Shown in pieces: positions 30,042 through 39,782 of a stretch of 64,000 nucleotides of DNA. Within the stretch, counting starts at the first letter, position 1. Each line of letters opens with the position of its first letter. The notes under the pieces are model-generated. The model had not been told where the DNA came from and searched no databases. It was given only the letters and a program-made list of their open reading frames with translations. Position numbers and translations under genes: made by a program. Source of the stretch: an uncultured delta proteobacterium (GTDB lineage: Bacteria; Myxococcota; Myxococcia; Myxococcales; Myxococcaceae); assembly GCA_963796055.1 (NCBI GenBank), contig CAWCKH010000004.1, positions 32,001-96,000 on the forward strand, read 5' to 3'.

Positions 30042-30509
30042 CTAGCCTCCTTCGTCCATCCCTTCCACCCCGGGCAGCAGCTCCCGCACCAGAGCGGCGT
30101 CGAAGCCGCGGGCCAGGAGCCGGCGCGCGGACCGCCGGGGCGGCTCGCCCCGGACGATGAGTCGGGCAGCGGCGCTCCGGGCGTCCCAGCCCTCGTCCCG
30201 GATGGCCTCGCTCAGCGCCTCCTCGGCGAGGGCCGCCGCGTACCCCTGCTGAATCAGGCGGGCGCGCATCGCCTCGAGGGCCCAGCCGCCCCGGAGGACC
30301 AGGGTCCGGGCACGGACGCCGGCAGAGCGCCGGTCGTCGAGCGCGCCGAGCCGGATGGCCGCCTGCAGCTCGGCCTCGACCTCCTCGTCCGCCAGGCCGG
30401 AACGACGCAGCGCTTCCCGGAGCGTTGCCTCGGACACCTCCCGCCGAGCAAGCGTGCGCAGTGCACGAAGACCCGTTCCCCCGGCGGCTCCAGCGGTGTT
30501 ACGCCTCAC
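30042..30509 (-). CDS. recX: RecX family regulatory protein (start uncertain)
   Basis: ALRTLARRE.S..LR.AL, G.LDDRR, L..G, RRLLARGF. Confidence 0.72.
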   Translation of the reverse strand: MRRNTAGAAGGTGLRALRTLARREVSEATLREALRRSGLADEEVEAELQAAIRLGALDDRRSAGVRARTLVLRGGWALEAMRARLIQQGYAAALAEEALSEAIRDEGWDARSAAARLIVRGEPPRRSARRLLARGFDAALVRELLPGVEGMDEGG

Positions 30510-30514
30510 GGTGC

Positions 30515-31225
30515 ATGCACCCCGCCCTGGGACGGTACATGGATTTTCAGACCGCGTGGGGCGTCTGGCAGCGCCGGAACGGTTGCGCACCGGACGAGCC
30601 GACGGACGAGGCGTTCGTCTCGGCCGCGCGGGCCCGGCCGGACCTCTGGTGCGCGGTGGAGCGGGCGGCGGGGAGGGCGCACCCGCCCGAGGACGCGCAG
30701 AACGCGCTGCTGGTGCTCGCCGCGCAGACCGCGACCACGGTCCTCGTCGACGACGACCGGCTGACCGGGCCGCTGGAGCGGGCCTGGAGCGCGCTGCGGG
30801 CCGAGGGGGCCACCGAGGATCAGATCGACGCGCTGATCGGGGCGGTGCTGCTCGAGGAGGCCTTCGGCGACGACATGCCGGCCGACGGGTTCGACGCGGC
30901 GTTCGTCGCCGAGTCGCTGGAGACGCTGGCGGAGCTGGCCACCGTCACCCCGGACCGGGCGACGGCGCTGGAGATCGCCTTCGCCGGCGGACCCGACGGG
31001 CCCGAGCGGCGGGCACGGCGCATCGCGGCCCAGGCGCTCTGCGGGGTGGCCTGGGCGGAGGGGCCGGACCTCATCAGCCGCGAGCATCTGGAGGCGGCCG
31101 CCACCCGGCTCGAGCCGGACCAGCGGCGGGCGCTGGAAGAGTTCGTGGACCACCTGGCGGAGATGAGGCTCGTCGGGCCGCTGCGGCGGGCGCGGCTGCG
31201 GCGGGTGCTGTCCGAGCTGATCTGA
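30515..31225 (+). CDS. Hypothetical helical protein
   Basis: Strong GC3 bias; MHPALGRY..., acidic LLEEAFG region. Confidence 0.65.
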   Translation: MHPALGRYMDFQTAWGVWQRRNGCAPDEPTDEAFVSAARARPDLWCAVERAAGRAHPPEDAQNALLVLAAQTATTVLVDDDRLTGPLERAWSALRAEGATEDQIDALIGAVLLEEAFGDDMPADGFDAAFVAESLETLAELATVTPDRATALEIAFAGGPDGPERRARRIAAQALCGVAWAEGPDLISREHLEAAATRLEPDQRRALEEFVDHLAEMRLVGPLRRARLRRVLSELI

Positions 31226-31237
31226 TCTGCAGGCTGC

Positions 31238-32590
31238 TCAGAACCGCTCGATGTGAAAGTCGTCGTCCGCAGCCGGCAGCCCGGTCGAGCCGCCTGCCGG
31301 CTTCGCCGCGGGCTGTGCGCCGGGGCGCGAGGTGGTGGGGTTGATGCGTCCGACCGGCGTGCCCGCCCCGGGGGTGGGCGGACGCGGGACCGCCCCGGCC
31401 GGAGCAGGCGCGCCGGGAGGGACCGCGGGAGCGCCACGCTGGGCGAAGGCGACGCTCCCCGGCGCCGAGTTCCCATCCGGAGAGGAGCCTTCGAAGTCGT
31501 CCCAGCGCGCGTCGCTGGTGGCGCTGATGCCGCTGAACCGGAGCGCGAAGTCGTCCGGGTTCGTCGCCTGCCGGTGCGCCTCCTCGTAGGTGATGATGTT
31601 CTGGCGCACCAGGCTCATCAGCGACTGGTCGAAGGTCTGCGTCCCGTAGCTCTGGTGGCCCTGGGCGATGGCGTCGGGAATCTCCTTGGTCCGGTCCTTG
31701 TCCTCCACCAGCTCGCGGACCCGAGCGGTGGCCTTCAGCACCTCGACCGCGGCGACGCGGCCCTTCCCGTCGGCGCGGGGAACCAGCCGCTGGGAGATGA
31801 CCGCCTTGAGCACGCTCGCCAGCTGCAGGCGCACCTGCTTCTGCTGGTAGGGCGGGAAGACCGAGACGATGCGGTTGATGGTCTCGGTCGCATCCAGGGT
31901 GTGGAGGGTGGACATGACGAGATGCCCGGTCTCGGCGGCGGTGAGCGCCGTCTCGATGGTCTCGAGGTCTCGCATTTCGCCCACCAGGATGACGTCCGGG
32001 TCCTGGCGGAGCGCGCTCTTCAGCGCCTGGCTGAAGGAGATCGTATCCACCCCGACCTCGCGCTGGTTCACGATCGACCGCTTGTCGCGGATGAGGAACT
32101 CGATCGGATCCTCGATGGTCATGATGTGGTCGGTCTCGTTGGCGTTGATGTGATCGATCATCGCCGCCAGGGTGGTGCTCTTGCCCGAGCCGGTGGTGCC
32201 GGTCACCAGGATCAGCCCACGCTCCTCCAGGGCGATGGACTCGAGCACCGGGGGCAACAGGAGGTCCCGGATGGTCATCACCTTGAAGGGGATGACGCGG
32301 AGCACGGCGCCCAGGGTGCCGCGCTGCTGGAACACGTTGACCCGGAAGCGGCCCAGGCCCGGGACGCCGTAGGCGAGATCCACCTCGTTTGAATTCTTGA
32401 ACTTGTCCCGCTGGTACTCGTTCATGATCCCGAAGGCCATGCGCGCCACCTCCTCGGGGGGGAGGCGCTTGCCGTCCTTCAGCGGGACCAGCGAGCCGTC
32501 CACCCGGAACATGGGGGGCAGACCGGCCTTGAGATGGATGTCGCTCGCGCCGCCGCGCAGCGCAACCTGGAGGATCTCGTTGAGTTCCAC
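31238..32590 (-). CDS. pilT: PilT-family type IV pilus ATPase with Pro/Ala-rich C-terminal tail
   Basis: ASDIHL, GTTGSGKST, TIEDPIEF, ALRQDPDVILVGEMRD, TGHLVMSTLH. Confidence 0.93.
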   Translation of the reverse strand: MELNEILQVALRGGASDIHLKAGLPPMFRVDGSLVPLKDGKRLPPEEVARMAFGIMNEYQRDKFKNSNEVDLAYGVPGLGRFRVNVFQQRGTLGAVLRVIPFKVMTIRDLLLPPVLESIALEERGLILVTGTTGSGKSTTLAAMIDHINANETDHIMTIEDPIEFLIRDKRSIVNQREVGVDTISFSQALKSALRQDPDVILVGEMRDLETIETALTAAETGHLVMSTLHTLDATETINRIVSVFPPYQQKQVRLQLASVLKAVISQRLVPRADGKGRVAAVEVLKATARVRELVEDKDRTKEIPDAIAQGHQSYGTQTFDQSLMSLVRQNIITYEEAHRQATNPDDFALRFSGISATSDARWDDFEGSSPDGNSAPGSVAFAQRGAPAVPPGAPAPAGAVPRPPTPGAGTPVGRINPTTSRPGAQPAAKPAGGSTGLPAADDDFHIERF

Positions 32591-32653
32591 GCGCCTCGGA
32601 GCCTAGCACCCGACCGAGCGAGCCCGTCTATGCGGACGGGGCCTACATGCCCG

Positions 32654-33055
32654 TTACCGCTTGCTGAACTGGAACCGGCGGCGAGCGCCAGGCTGGCCGT
32701 ACTTCTTTCGCTCCACCACGCGTGCATCGCGGGTGAGGAAGCCAGCCTTCTTCAGCGGGGTGCGGAACTCGGGATTGAGCAGGCACAGCGCGCGGCTGAG
32801 CCCGTGGCGGATGGCGCCGGCCTGTCCGGAGAGTCCGCCGCCGACCACGTTCACCGTCACGTTGACCTTGCCCACCTGCTCGAGGATCTGCAGCGGCTGG
32901 TTGAGGATCATCTTCGACGTCTCGCGCCCGAAGTACTCGTCGAGCGGACGGCCGTTGACGACGATGGTCCCGTTTCCTTCCTTCACCCACACCCGGGCCG
33001 TGGACTCCTTGCGGCGGCCGGTGGCGTAGAACCCGTTCTCGGTCTGGATCGGCAT
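32654..33055 (-). CDS. rpsI: 30S ribosomal protein S9
   Basis: [34 protein letters not shown]. Confidence 0.98.
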   Translation of the reverse strand: MPIQTENGFYATGRRKESTARVWVKEGNGTIVVNGRPLDEYFGRETSKMILNQPLQILEQVGKVNVTVNVVGGGLSGQAGAIRHGLSRALCLLNPEFRTPLKKAGFLTRDARVVERKKYGQPGARRRFQFSKR

Positions 33056-33060
33056 GTTCC

Positions 33061-33507
33061 TCAGGCCTCCACCTGGCGCGGCTCGGGCTTCTGCGCGGCA
33101 TGGGGATGCTGCTCGCCCGGGTACACCTTGAGCTTGGTCATCATCTTCCGGCCCAGCGCGTTGCGCGGGAGCATGCGGCGGACGGCGTTGATGACGATGT
33201 CCTCGGGGTGCCGGGCACGGAGGTCCGCCAGATTGGTGGTCTTCAGCGCACCGGGAAAGCCTGCCCGCGGGTGCCGGTGGTAGAGCTTGTTGGTCTCCTT
33301 GGAGCCAGTGACCTTCACCTTCGCCGCGTTGATCACGATGACGTGGTCACCGGTGTCCATCGACGGCGTGTAGATGGGCTTGAGCTTGCCCTTGAGAATC
33401 GAGGCAATCTGGCTCGCTGCACGACCGAGCACCTTGTCGCTCACGTCGATGACGAGCCATGCCCGCTTCACGTCCGCGGGCTTCGCGCTGTACGTCCTGT
33501 TCGACAT
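33061..33507 (-). CDS. rplM: 50S ribosomal protein L13
   Basis: LGRAAS, GK.KP.YTP..DTGD.V.VINA, RMLP, LKVY.G..HPHAAQ. Confidence 0.98.
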   Translation of the reverse strand: MSNRTYSAKPADVKRAWLVIDVSDKVLGRAASQIASILKGKLKPIYTPSMDTGDHVIVINAAKVKVTGSKETNKLYHRHPRAGFPGALKTTNLADLRARHPEDIVINAVRRMLPRNALGRKMMTKLKVYPGEQHPHAAQKPEPRQVEA

Positions 33508-33554
33508 CTGGAGACACTCCGCCACCGGAGGGGTGCCCCCCGGAAAAGACGGGC

Positions 33555-33583
33555 GATGTAGAGGTCTTGCCGCCTCAAGTCAA
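33555..33583 (-). promoter_or_regulatory. Possible sigma70-type promoter of rplM-rpsI
   Basis: TTGACT-17 nt-TACATC upstream of rplM; -10 box is weak. Confidence 0.35.
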
Positions 33584-35543
33584 GCAGACGGAGGAGGCGA
33601 GCCCCCCTGGAGCCTGGCCTTGAGGCTCCGGAAGAAGCCCTGCTCCGCCTCGCTCGGCGGCCCCGGGGGTGGGACCGTGGTGTCTGGGACCGTGGTGTCA
33701 GACACCTCCAGCACCGCCTCCGGGATGTCGCCGAGGAAGCGGGAGGGCGTCCGGGGCACCTCCCTGCCCCGCCGCAGCCGGGTGGCCGCCCGGGTGAGAA
33801 TCAGCTCTTCCCGGGCCCGGGTGATGCCCACGTAGCAGAGCCGGCGTTCCTCCTCGAGGTTCGGAGGCTCACCCTGCATCCCCCCGTGGGGGAGAAGGCC
33901 CTCCTCCATCCCCACGAGGAAAACCGTCCGGAATTCCAGCCCCTTGGCACCATGCAAGGTCAGCAGGGTGACCCTGGCCGGGGTACGTCCGGAGGTCGGA
34001 CCTGGGCCCTTCCCGGCGCTCGAACTGCTCCAGGGAGGCGAGGATGCCCTCCACGCCCTTCAGCTTCCGGTCCACCGCGGCCGCCGATGGGGTGCTGGCG
34101 CGGGCGGCGGCCTCGAAGCCGATGTCCCGGAGGAGCGCCCGGGTGACGACCGAGAGCGGCTCGGCCCGGAGCCGGGCCCGCGTCCTGTGGATCAGCTCGG
34201 AGAACTCCTGGACCGCCCGCGCGGCGCCAGGGGTCAGCTGGGGGACCGAGCCGGCAGGGGCGAGCACGTCGGACAGCGGCAGGCCGCGGCCCCGCGCGTG
34301 GGCGACCAGGTGCTCCACCGTGACGTCCCCGATTCCGCGGGCGGGCACGTTGACGATGCGCAGCAGCGAGACCTCGTCCGTGGGGTTGGCCAGGACCTTG
34401 AGGTAGGCGAGCACGTCGCGCACCTCGCGCCGGTCGAAGAACTCGGTCCCCCCCACCACCTCGTACCCGACGCCCCGGGCGCGGAGCGCCTCCTCGAACG
34501 GGCGAGACTGGCCGTTGGTGCGGTAGAGGACCGCGACGTCGTCGGGCCGCACCCCGCGGGCGAGCCGCGCCTCGATGCCGCGCGCGACGTACACTGCCTC
34601 CTCGTCCTCGCCAGGGAGGACCACCAGCTGGACCCTGGGCCCACCCACCGTGGCGGTCCACAGCTTCTTCGCCCGCCGCTCCGGGAGCTGCGCCACGATC
34701 CCGTGCGCGGCCTCCAGCACGGTCGGGACGCTGCGGTAGTTCTGCTCCACCCGGACCTCGGTGGCACCAGGGAACGCCTCCTCGAAGCGGAGGATGTTCC
34801 GCACCTCGGCGCCTCGCCAGCCGTAGATGCACTGGTCGTCGTCGCCCACCGCGCACACGTTCCGGCGCTCGGCGGCCAGAAGCCGCACCAGCTCGAGCTG
34901 CGCGCCGTTGGTGTCCGCGCCGGACGTAGCCGCCGAGCACCTCGGGGTGCTCGCGGAACAGCCGGAGCGGCAGGAGCAGCAGATCGTCGAAGTCGACCGC
35001 GCCCTGCGCCTTGAGCGCCCGCTGGTAGAGGGGGAAGACCTCGGCGGCGGCGATCTCCCGGTCGCTCGGGGCATCGCCGGTGAGGCTCGGCGCGCGGTCG
35101 GCGTTCTTCGCCCGGCTGATGGCGGTGAGGATCCGGCGGGGGTCGAGGTCGGACCGGCCGTCGATGGGACGCTCGCGCAGCGCCCGCTGCACCAGGGAGA
35201 TCTGATCCGACGTGTCGGCGATGGCGAACTTCCTGGGCCAGCCGAGCCGATGCACGTGCTGCCGGAGCACCTCCGCACCGAAGGCGTGGAAGGTACAGAC
35301 GGTGAGCGCCTGTGCGCCCTGCCCCACCAGCCGCACCACCCGTTCCTTCATCTCGGCGGCGGCCTTGTTGGTGAACGTGACCGCGAGGATGGCGCGGGCC
35401 GGCACGCGCTGCGCGAGCAGCCAGGCGATGCGGTGGGTGATGACCCGTGTCTTCCCGCTCCCGGCTCCGGCGAGCACGAGGAGGGGGCCCTCGGTGGTGG
35501 TGACGGCAAGGCGCTGGGGAGGGTTCAGTCCGGAGAGGTCCAC
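33580..35543 (-). pseudogene. UvrD/Rep/PcrA helicase with two frameshifting deletions (~34916, ~33979)
   Basis: [55 protein letters not shown] and EEERRL.YVGITRA are spread over three frames; Walker B VDE.Q is absent. Confidence 0.85.
33670..33699. repeat. 15-bp in-frame tandem duplication (DTTVP x2) in the helicase tail
   Basis: tgggaccgtggtgtc repeated twice. Confidence 0.8.
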
Positions 35544-35603
35544 GCAGGACGGACGCGTATAGCCTCGGGGGCCGACGGCGCTGCTAGAGTCCTCGGTCGA
35601 CCG

Positions 35604-36113
35604 ATGGCCGCCTCCCCCGCGCGCGTTCCCGTCCAGCCGTCCACCGCCGAGCTCGACAACCAGGCCCGGGAGGCGCGCGCCGCCGTGGCCCGGCTCGGCC
35701 GCCGCGAGTTCCTCGACCAGCTGGCCGCGCTCGGCCGCGCCTTCGCCGCCGACCCGGGCAACCCGGGCAGCTACGCCTGCAAGGACTGCGAGCGCTGCGC
35801 CAACTGCATGTTCTGCCGGGACTGCGTGGGCTGCTACCAGTGTACCCACTGCGTGGGCTGCGACGGCTGCAGCAACTGCAGCCACTGCGTGGAGAGCAAG
35901 GGCTGCCAGTCCTCGGCCTATCTCCTCCAGTCCGAGTCCTGTACCCACTCGGCATATCTCGTGATGTGCCGGACTCTCTCCGACTGCAACTACTGCTTCG
36001 GCTGCGTGGGCCTCAGCAAGAAGGACTTCCACATCCTCAACGTGGCCTTCCCCCGGAAGGAATACTTCGAGATCACCGCCCGCCTGCGGAAGGAGCTCGG
36101 ACTGCCGAGCTGA
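35604..36113 (+). CDS. Cysteine-rich (Cxx)n repeat protein
   Basis: 13 Cys at exact 3-residue spacing, 19 Cys in total; ends CFGCVGL..K.FHILN. Confidence 0.85.
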   Translation: MAASPARVPVQPSTAELDNQAREARAAVARLGRREFLDQLAALGRAFAADPGNPGSYACKDCERCANCMFCRDCVGCYQCTHCVGCDGCSNCSHCVESKGCQSSAYLLQSESCTHSAYLVMCRTLSDCNYCFGCVGLSKKDFHILNVAFPRKEYFEITARLRKELGLPS

Positions 36114-36181
36114 GCGTTGTCTGTTGCCTGAGCGGCTCCGGCCTGCCAGCGTGAGGCCGCTGGCACGACCGGAGGGCCGTC

Positions 36182-36643
36182 ATGGCGCGCGTCTCGGGAG
36201 AGGTCACCTCGTCGACCCCGGCGGACGTCGTCCTCGGAGCGCTGACCGACTTCAGCCCCCGCCGGCCCGAGCTGTGGCCGAACCTGTCGCCGAAGCTCTA
36301 CCAGGTGCACTCGGTGGGGCAGACCGAGGCCGAGGTCACCGAGGGGTCGGCGGTGCTCGGCGGCGTCTGGGAACGCGCGCGGTACGACTGGAGCGAGCCA
36401 GGGGTGGTGCTGATCGAGGTCGAGGACTCCAACGCCTTCGCCGCGGGGAGCTGGTGGCGGTACCAGGTGGAGCCGGTGGGCAGCGGCAGCCGGGTGCGGT
36501 TCCAGTTCGACCGGCGGCCGAAGAACTTGAAGGGTCGCATCGTCGCGCTCCTTCTCGGGCTGGGTGGGAAGCGGATATTCACCCGCTCGCTCGAGGAGAC
36601 GCTCCGGCGGCTCGGGGCTCCCGCGGGGGCGGCGGCCGGATGA
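36182..36643 (+). CDS. SRPBCC/polyketide cyclase-like protein
   Basis: ALTDFS..RPELWPN, WERARYDWS; GGAGG RBS. Confidence 0.8.
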   Translation: MARVSGEVTSSTPADVVLGALTDFSPRRPELWPNLSPKLYQVHSVGQTEAEVTEGSAVLGGVWERARYDWSEPGVVLIEVEDSNAFAAGSWWRYQVEPVGSGSRVRFQFDRRPKNLKGRIVALLLGLGGKRIFTRSLEETLRRLGAPAGAAAG

Positions 36644-36682
36644 GGGCAGCGGTCGCGGGAGTCACGGCGACAGGCCGCGGTT

Positions 36683-37168
36683 TCAGGAACCGCGCGCTGC
36701 GGCCTCGATGCGCGGGAGATCGATCTTCTTCATGTCCATGACCGCGGTCATCACCCGGTCCGCCTTCTTTTGATCCGGGCCGCTCACCGCACGGATCAGC
36801 GCCGACGGGACGACCTGCCAGGAGACCCCCCAGCGGTCCTTGAGCCAGCCGCACATGCCCTCCTGGCCACCGTTGGAGGTGAGCGCCTTCCAGAGCCGGT
36901 CGACCTCCTGCTGGGTCTCGCACTCAATCGCCAGGGAGATGGCCTCGCTGAACTTGAACTGCGGACCGCCGTTGAGCGCCACGAATTCCTGGTCGCCGAG
37001 GCGGAAGCTCACCGTCATCACCGAGCCCTTCGGCCCGGGGCCCACCTCCCCGTAGCGGGTCACCTCGAGGATCTTCGAGTTGGAAAAGAGCGAGACGTAG
37101 AACTTCGCCGCCTCCTCCGCCTGCCCGTCGAACCACAGCATCGGCCGGATCTTCTGCGTCTCCGCCAT
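36683..37168 (-). CDS. VOC family protein (3-demethylubiquinone-9 3-methyltransferase-like/PhnB)
   Basis: LWFDGQAEEAAKFY, LNGGP, CGWLKDRWGVSWQ, MKKID. Confidence 0.92.
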   Translation of the reverse strand: MAETQKIRPMLWFDGQAEEAAKFYVSLFSNSKILEVTRYGEVGPGPKGSVMTVSFRLGDQEFVALNGGPQFKFSEAISLAIECETQQEVDRLWKALTSNGGQEGMCGWLKDRWGVSWQVVPSALIRAVSGPDQKKADRVMTAVMDMKKIDLPRIEAAARGS

Positions 37169-37333
37169 CGGGTCGTCTCCGTGAGAGGCTCTCCGGGAAA
37201 CGGAGAGCGGGTCCTGGGATGAGACGCCGGTGGCCCGCGAAAATCATCGGCTGGGCCGGCGGAAGGGGGTGCATGCCCGGGGAGCGAGGAACCGGGCTCA
37301 ACCGACCCGCTGCGAAGGGCCGGGAGTCACAGG

Positions 37334-38521
37334 TCAGAGCGGCCGGACGAAGAACGCCTTGAGGTACTCCGTCTCCGGCAATCCGCCGAGCGCGGGGTGG
37401 TCCACCGCCGGGCCCCGGCGCTCGAGGATCTGCACCGGCCGCCGCACGTCGTCCGCCGCTCCGAGCAGCATCTCCTCGAAGTCCGGTGGCTTGACCTTGC
37501 CGGAGCAGGAGCAGGTCACCAGCAGGCCGCCCGGCCGGAGAAGCCGCAGCGCCCGCACGTTCAGCTCGCGGTAGGCGCGCAGCGCCGTCCGAGCTCCTTC
37601 CTTCCGCTTCGCCAGGCCCGGCGGATCGAGCACCACCGTATCGAACCGCTCCCCGTCCCGGTCCATCTGGTGGAGCACGTCGAAGGCATTCGCCTCCCGG
37701 GCCTCGACGTTCGACAGGCCGTTGCGGCGCACGTTCTCCACGAGTCGGGCCGCCGCCGCCGGGTCCTGCTCCAGCGCCAGCACCGAGGTGCACCGCCCCG
37801 CCAGCGCCAGGGCGAAGCCCCCGTGGTAGCTGAAGGCGTCCAGCGCCCGCCCGCGGCACAGCTCGGCGGCGCGGAGGTGATTCTCCGCCTGGTCGAGGAA
37901 GGCCCCGGTCTTCATGTCGTGCAGGAGGTCGGTGCGGAGGACCGCTTGCCCCTCGCGCCACTCCACCATCGCCTCGGGCGGACCGAGCAGGACCCGGGAC
38001 TCCCGGGGGAGCTGCTCGAAGGCGCGCCCCGAGCCATCGTCCCGCGCCAGGACCTGAACTGCCCCGGTGAGCGTCACCAGCGCGGCGGCGAGCGACTCCT
38101 TCCGCGCATCCATTCCCTCGGCCAGGGTCTGCAGCACCAGCCGGTCGCGGTAGCGGTCGACGAACAGGCCCGGCAGCCCGTCCGCCTCGCCGTGCACCAG
38201 CCGCAGGGCCTCGCGGCCCAGCGACGAGCGCCGGGCGATCGATGCCTCGAGCCGTGCCCGGAACCACCCGTCGTCCACACGCTCCTCCGCCGGGGCCCGC
38301 CGGGTGAGCAACCGCAGCGCGAGCGGGCTGCGGGCCGCCCACAGCGCCTGGCCTGCCGGCTGGCCCCGGGGGTCCACCACCGCCACCACCGCGCCACCGG
38401 GCGCATCGGGCGGCTCGAGCACGTCCTTGCGCCACACCCAGGGCCGCAGGTGCCGGAGCGCCCGCGCGCCGTCGGCCGACACGCGCACCGTCGGCGGAGG
38501 ACCGCGCTGAGTGCTGCTCAT
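37334..38521 (-). CDS. RlmI-like class I SAM-dependent rRNA methyltransferase
   Basis: PUA-like N-terminus, GEADGLPGL, KTGAFLDQ, LDAFSYHGGF, VVLDPP, TCSCS, ETEYLK. Confidence 0.9.
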   Translation of the reverse strand: MSSTQRGPPPTVRVSADGARALRHLRPWVWRKDVLEPPDAPGGAVVAVVDPRGQPAGQALWAARSPLALRLLTRRAPAEERVDDGWFRARLEASIARRSSLGREALRLVHGEADGLPGLFVDRYRDRLVLQTLAEGMDARKESLAAALVTLTGAVQVLARDDGSGRAFEQLPRESRVLLGPPEAMVEWREGQAVLRTDLLHDMKTGAFLDQAENHLRAAELCRGRALDAFSYHGGFALALAGRCTSVLALEQDPAAAARLVENVRRNGLSNVEAREANAFDVLHQMDRDGERFDTVVLDPPGLAKRKEGARTALRAYRELNVRALRLLRPGGLLVTCSCSGKVKPPDFEEMLLGAADDVRRPVQILERRGPAVDHPALGGLPETEYLKAFFVRPL

Positions 38522-39726
38522 TCGAGCCCGCGGGCCGCCAGCTCGAGGTCGTCCTCGCCCCGGAGGTGTCCGATCTCGTGGAGCAAGGTCACGCGGATCT
38601 GCTCCAGCAGCTCCTCCCGGGAGGTCACCGCCCGGGCCAGGTTCTTCCGGTACAGCACCACCGAGCGGCACACCGGGCCGTCCTCGGCGCTGCACGCCTC
38701 GCCGATGGGTGGGCCGCGGAAGAGCCCGAGGATGGTGGGCGACAGCGGCGGGTCACCCTCGAGAAGGTCCTCCGACCGGGGGATGTCCTCCACCGTCACC
38801 GGAACCCCGCCGAGGTCCTTCCGCATGTCGGCGGGGAGCGCGGCCACCGCCCGGTCCACCTCGCGCCGGAATTCCTTCTCCGACAGCAGCTGCGGCGGCG
38901 GAAAGTCGTCCGGGGACAGCTCGTGCGCCTTGCGGAAGTGCATCTCGGCCTCGGGCAGCTTCCCGGTCCGCTCGAGCAGCAGTCCGAGGTGGTGGTGCGC
39001 ATGCGCCCCGTGCTCGTCATCCGAGAGGAGCCGGCTGAACGCCTCCTGCGCCTCCTTGAACCGGCAGAGCTCGAAGAGGGCCACTGCACGCTCGTAGGCC
39101 GCGTCGGGGTCGGTGCCCCGCTCCTCGGCGGCCTCCTCGCTGCGCTCGAGCGCGACCTGCGCCTCCCCGAGGTCGTTGGCCGCCATCGCCCCGAGCAGCG
39201 CGAACTGCGAGGCCAGCTCGCCGTCACCCGCCTCCCGTGCCAGCTTCCTTCCGCGCTCGGCGTAGACGAAGGCCAGCTCGTCGTGGTCGCGGTTGCTGGG
39301 CAGGCTCACCCCGTAGAGGTGCGCAGCCCCGAGCAGCGAATCGAGGTGCTCGGGGTCCAGCGCCAGCGCCCGGGCGTAGGCCAGCTTGGCCTCGTCGAAG
39401 CGCCCCAGCGCCGACAGCGCGGCGCCGCGCTCGCTGTGGGCATCCGGCTCGTCCGGCGCCCGGGCCGACGCCTCGGCGGCGCACGACAGCGCCCGGTCGT
39501 ATTCCCGGGCGTCGTAGGCCGCCCGGGCCGCGTCCAGCGGATCCAGCCCCCGCGCGTCGCACACCGCCAGCGGCTCCACCGGTGGTGGCCGCGAGGGATG
39601 GTGGCTGGGGGCGGTGGGGAGCCCGGGGCTGGTGGCCGCGCTCTTCGGCGGCGGGTCGGCCGGCGTCGCCCGGTGACAGGCGGATACGACGCAGAGGCAG
39701 CACAGAAGACCCAGCCGGCGGAGCAT
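38518..39726 (-). CDS. Lipoprotein with TPR repeats and C-terminal zincin-like metallopeptidase
   Basis: Lipobox VSAC; TPRs; ILGLF.G, LYRKN, HEIGH..G.D. Confidence 0.85.
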   Translation of the reverse strand: MLRRLGLLCCLCVVSACHRATPADPPPKSAATSPGLPTAPSHHPSRPPPVEPLAVCDARGLDPLDAARAAYDAREYDRALSCAAEASARAPDEPDAHSERGAALSALGRFDEAKLAYARALALDPEHLDSLLGAAHLYGVSLPSNRDHDELAFVYAERGRKLAREAGDGELASQFALLGAMAANDLGEAQVALERSEEAAEERGTDPDAAYERAVALFELCRFKEAQEAFSRLLSDDEHGAHAHHHLGLLLERTGKLPEAEMHFRKAHELSPDDFPPPQLLSEKEFRREVDRAVAALPADMRKDLGGVPVTVEDIPRSEDLLEGDPPLSPTILGLFRGPPIGEACSAEDGPVCRSVVLYRKNLARAVTSREELLEQIRVTLLHEIGHLRGEDDLELAARGLE

Positions 39727-39743
39727 GGGGTCAATCTAACAGA

Positions 39744-39765
39744 CGGCCCGACCGCGTCGGGGCCG
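39744..39765. terminator. GC-rich hairpin downstream of the minor-pilin cluster
   Basis: CGGCCCGAC-CGC-GTCGGGGCCG stem with one bulge; no U-tract. Confidence 0.3.
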
Positions 39766-39782
39766 GCACACGCCTCCGGGAC

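Noticed and set aside
35778..35890. Multiheme cytochrome reading of the Cys-rich protein
   Set aside because: Motifs are CxxCxH/CxxC, not CxxCH, and there is no signal peptide
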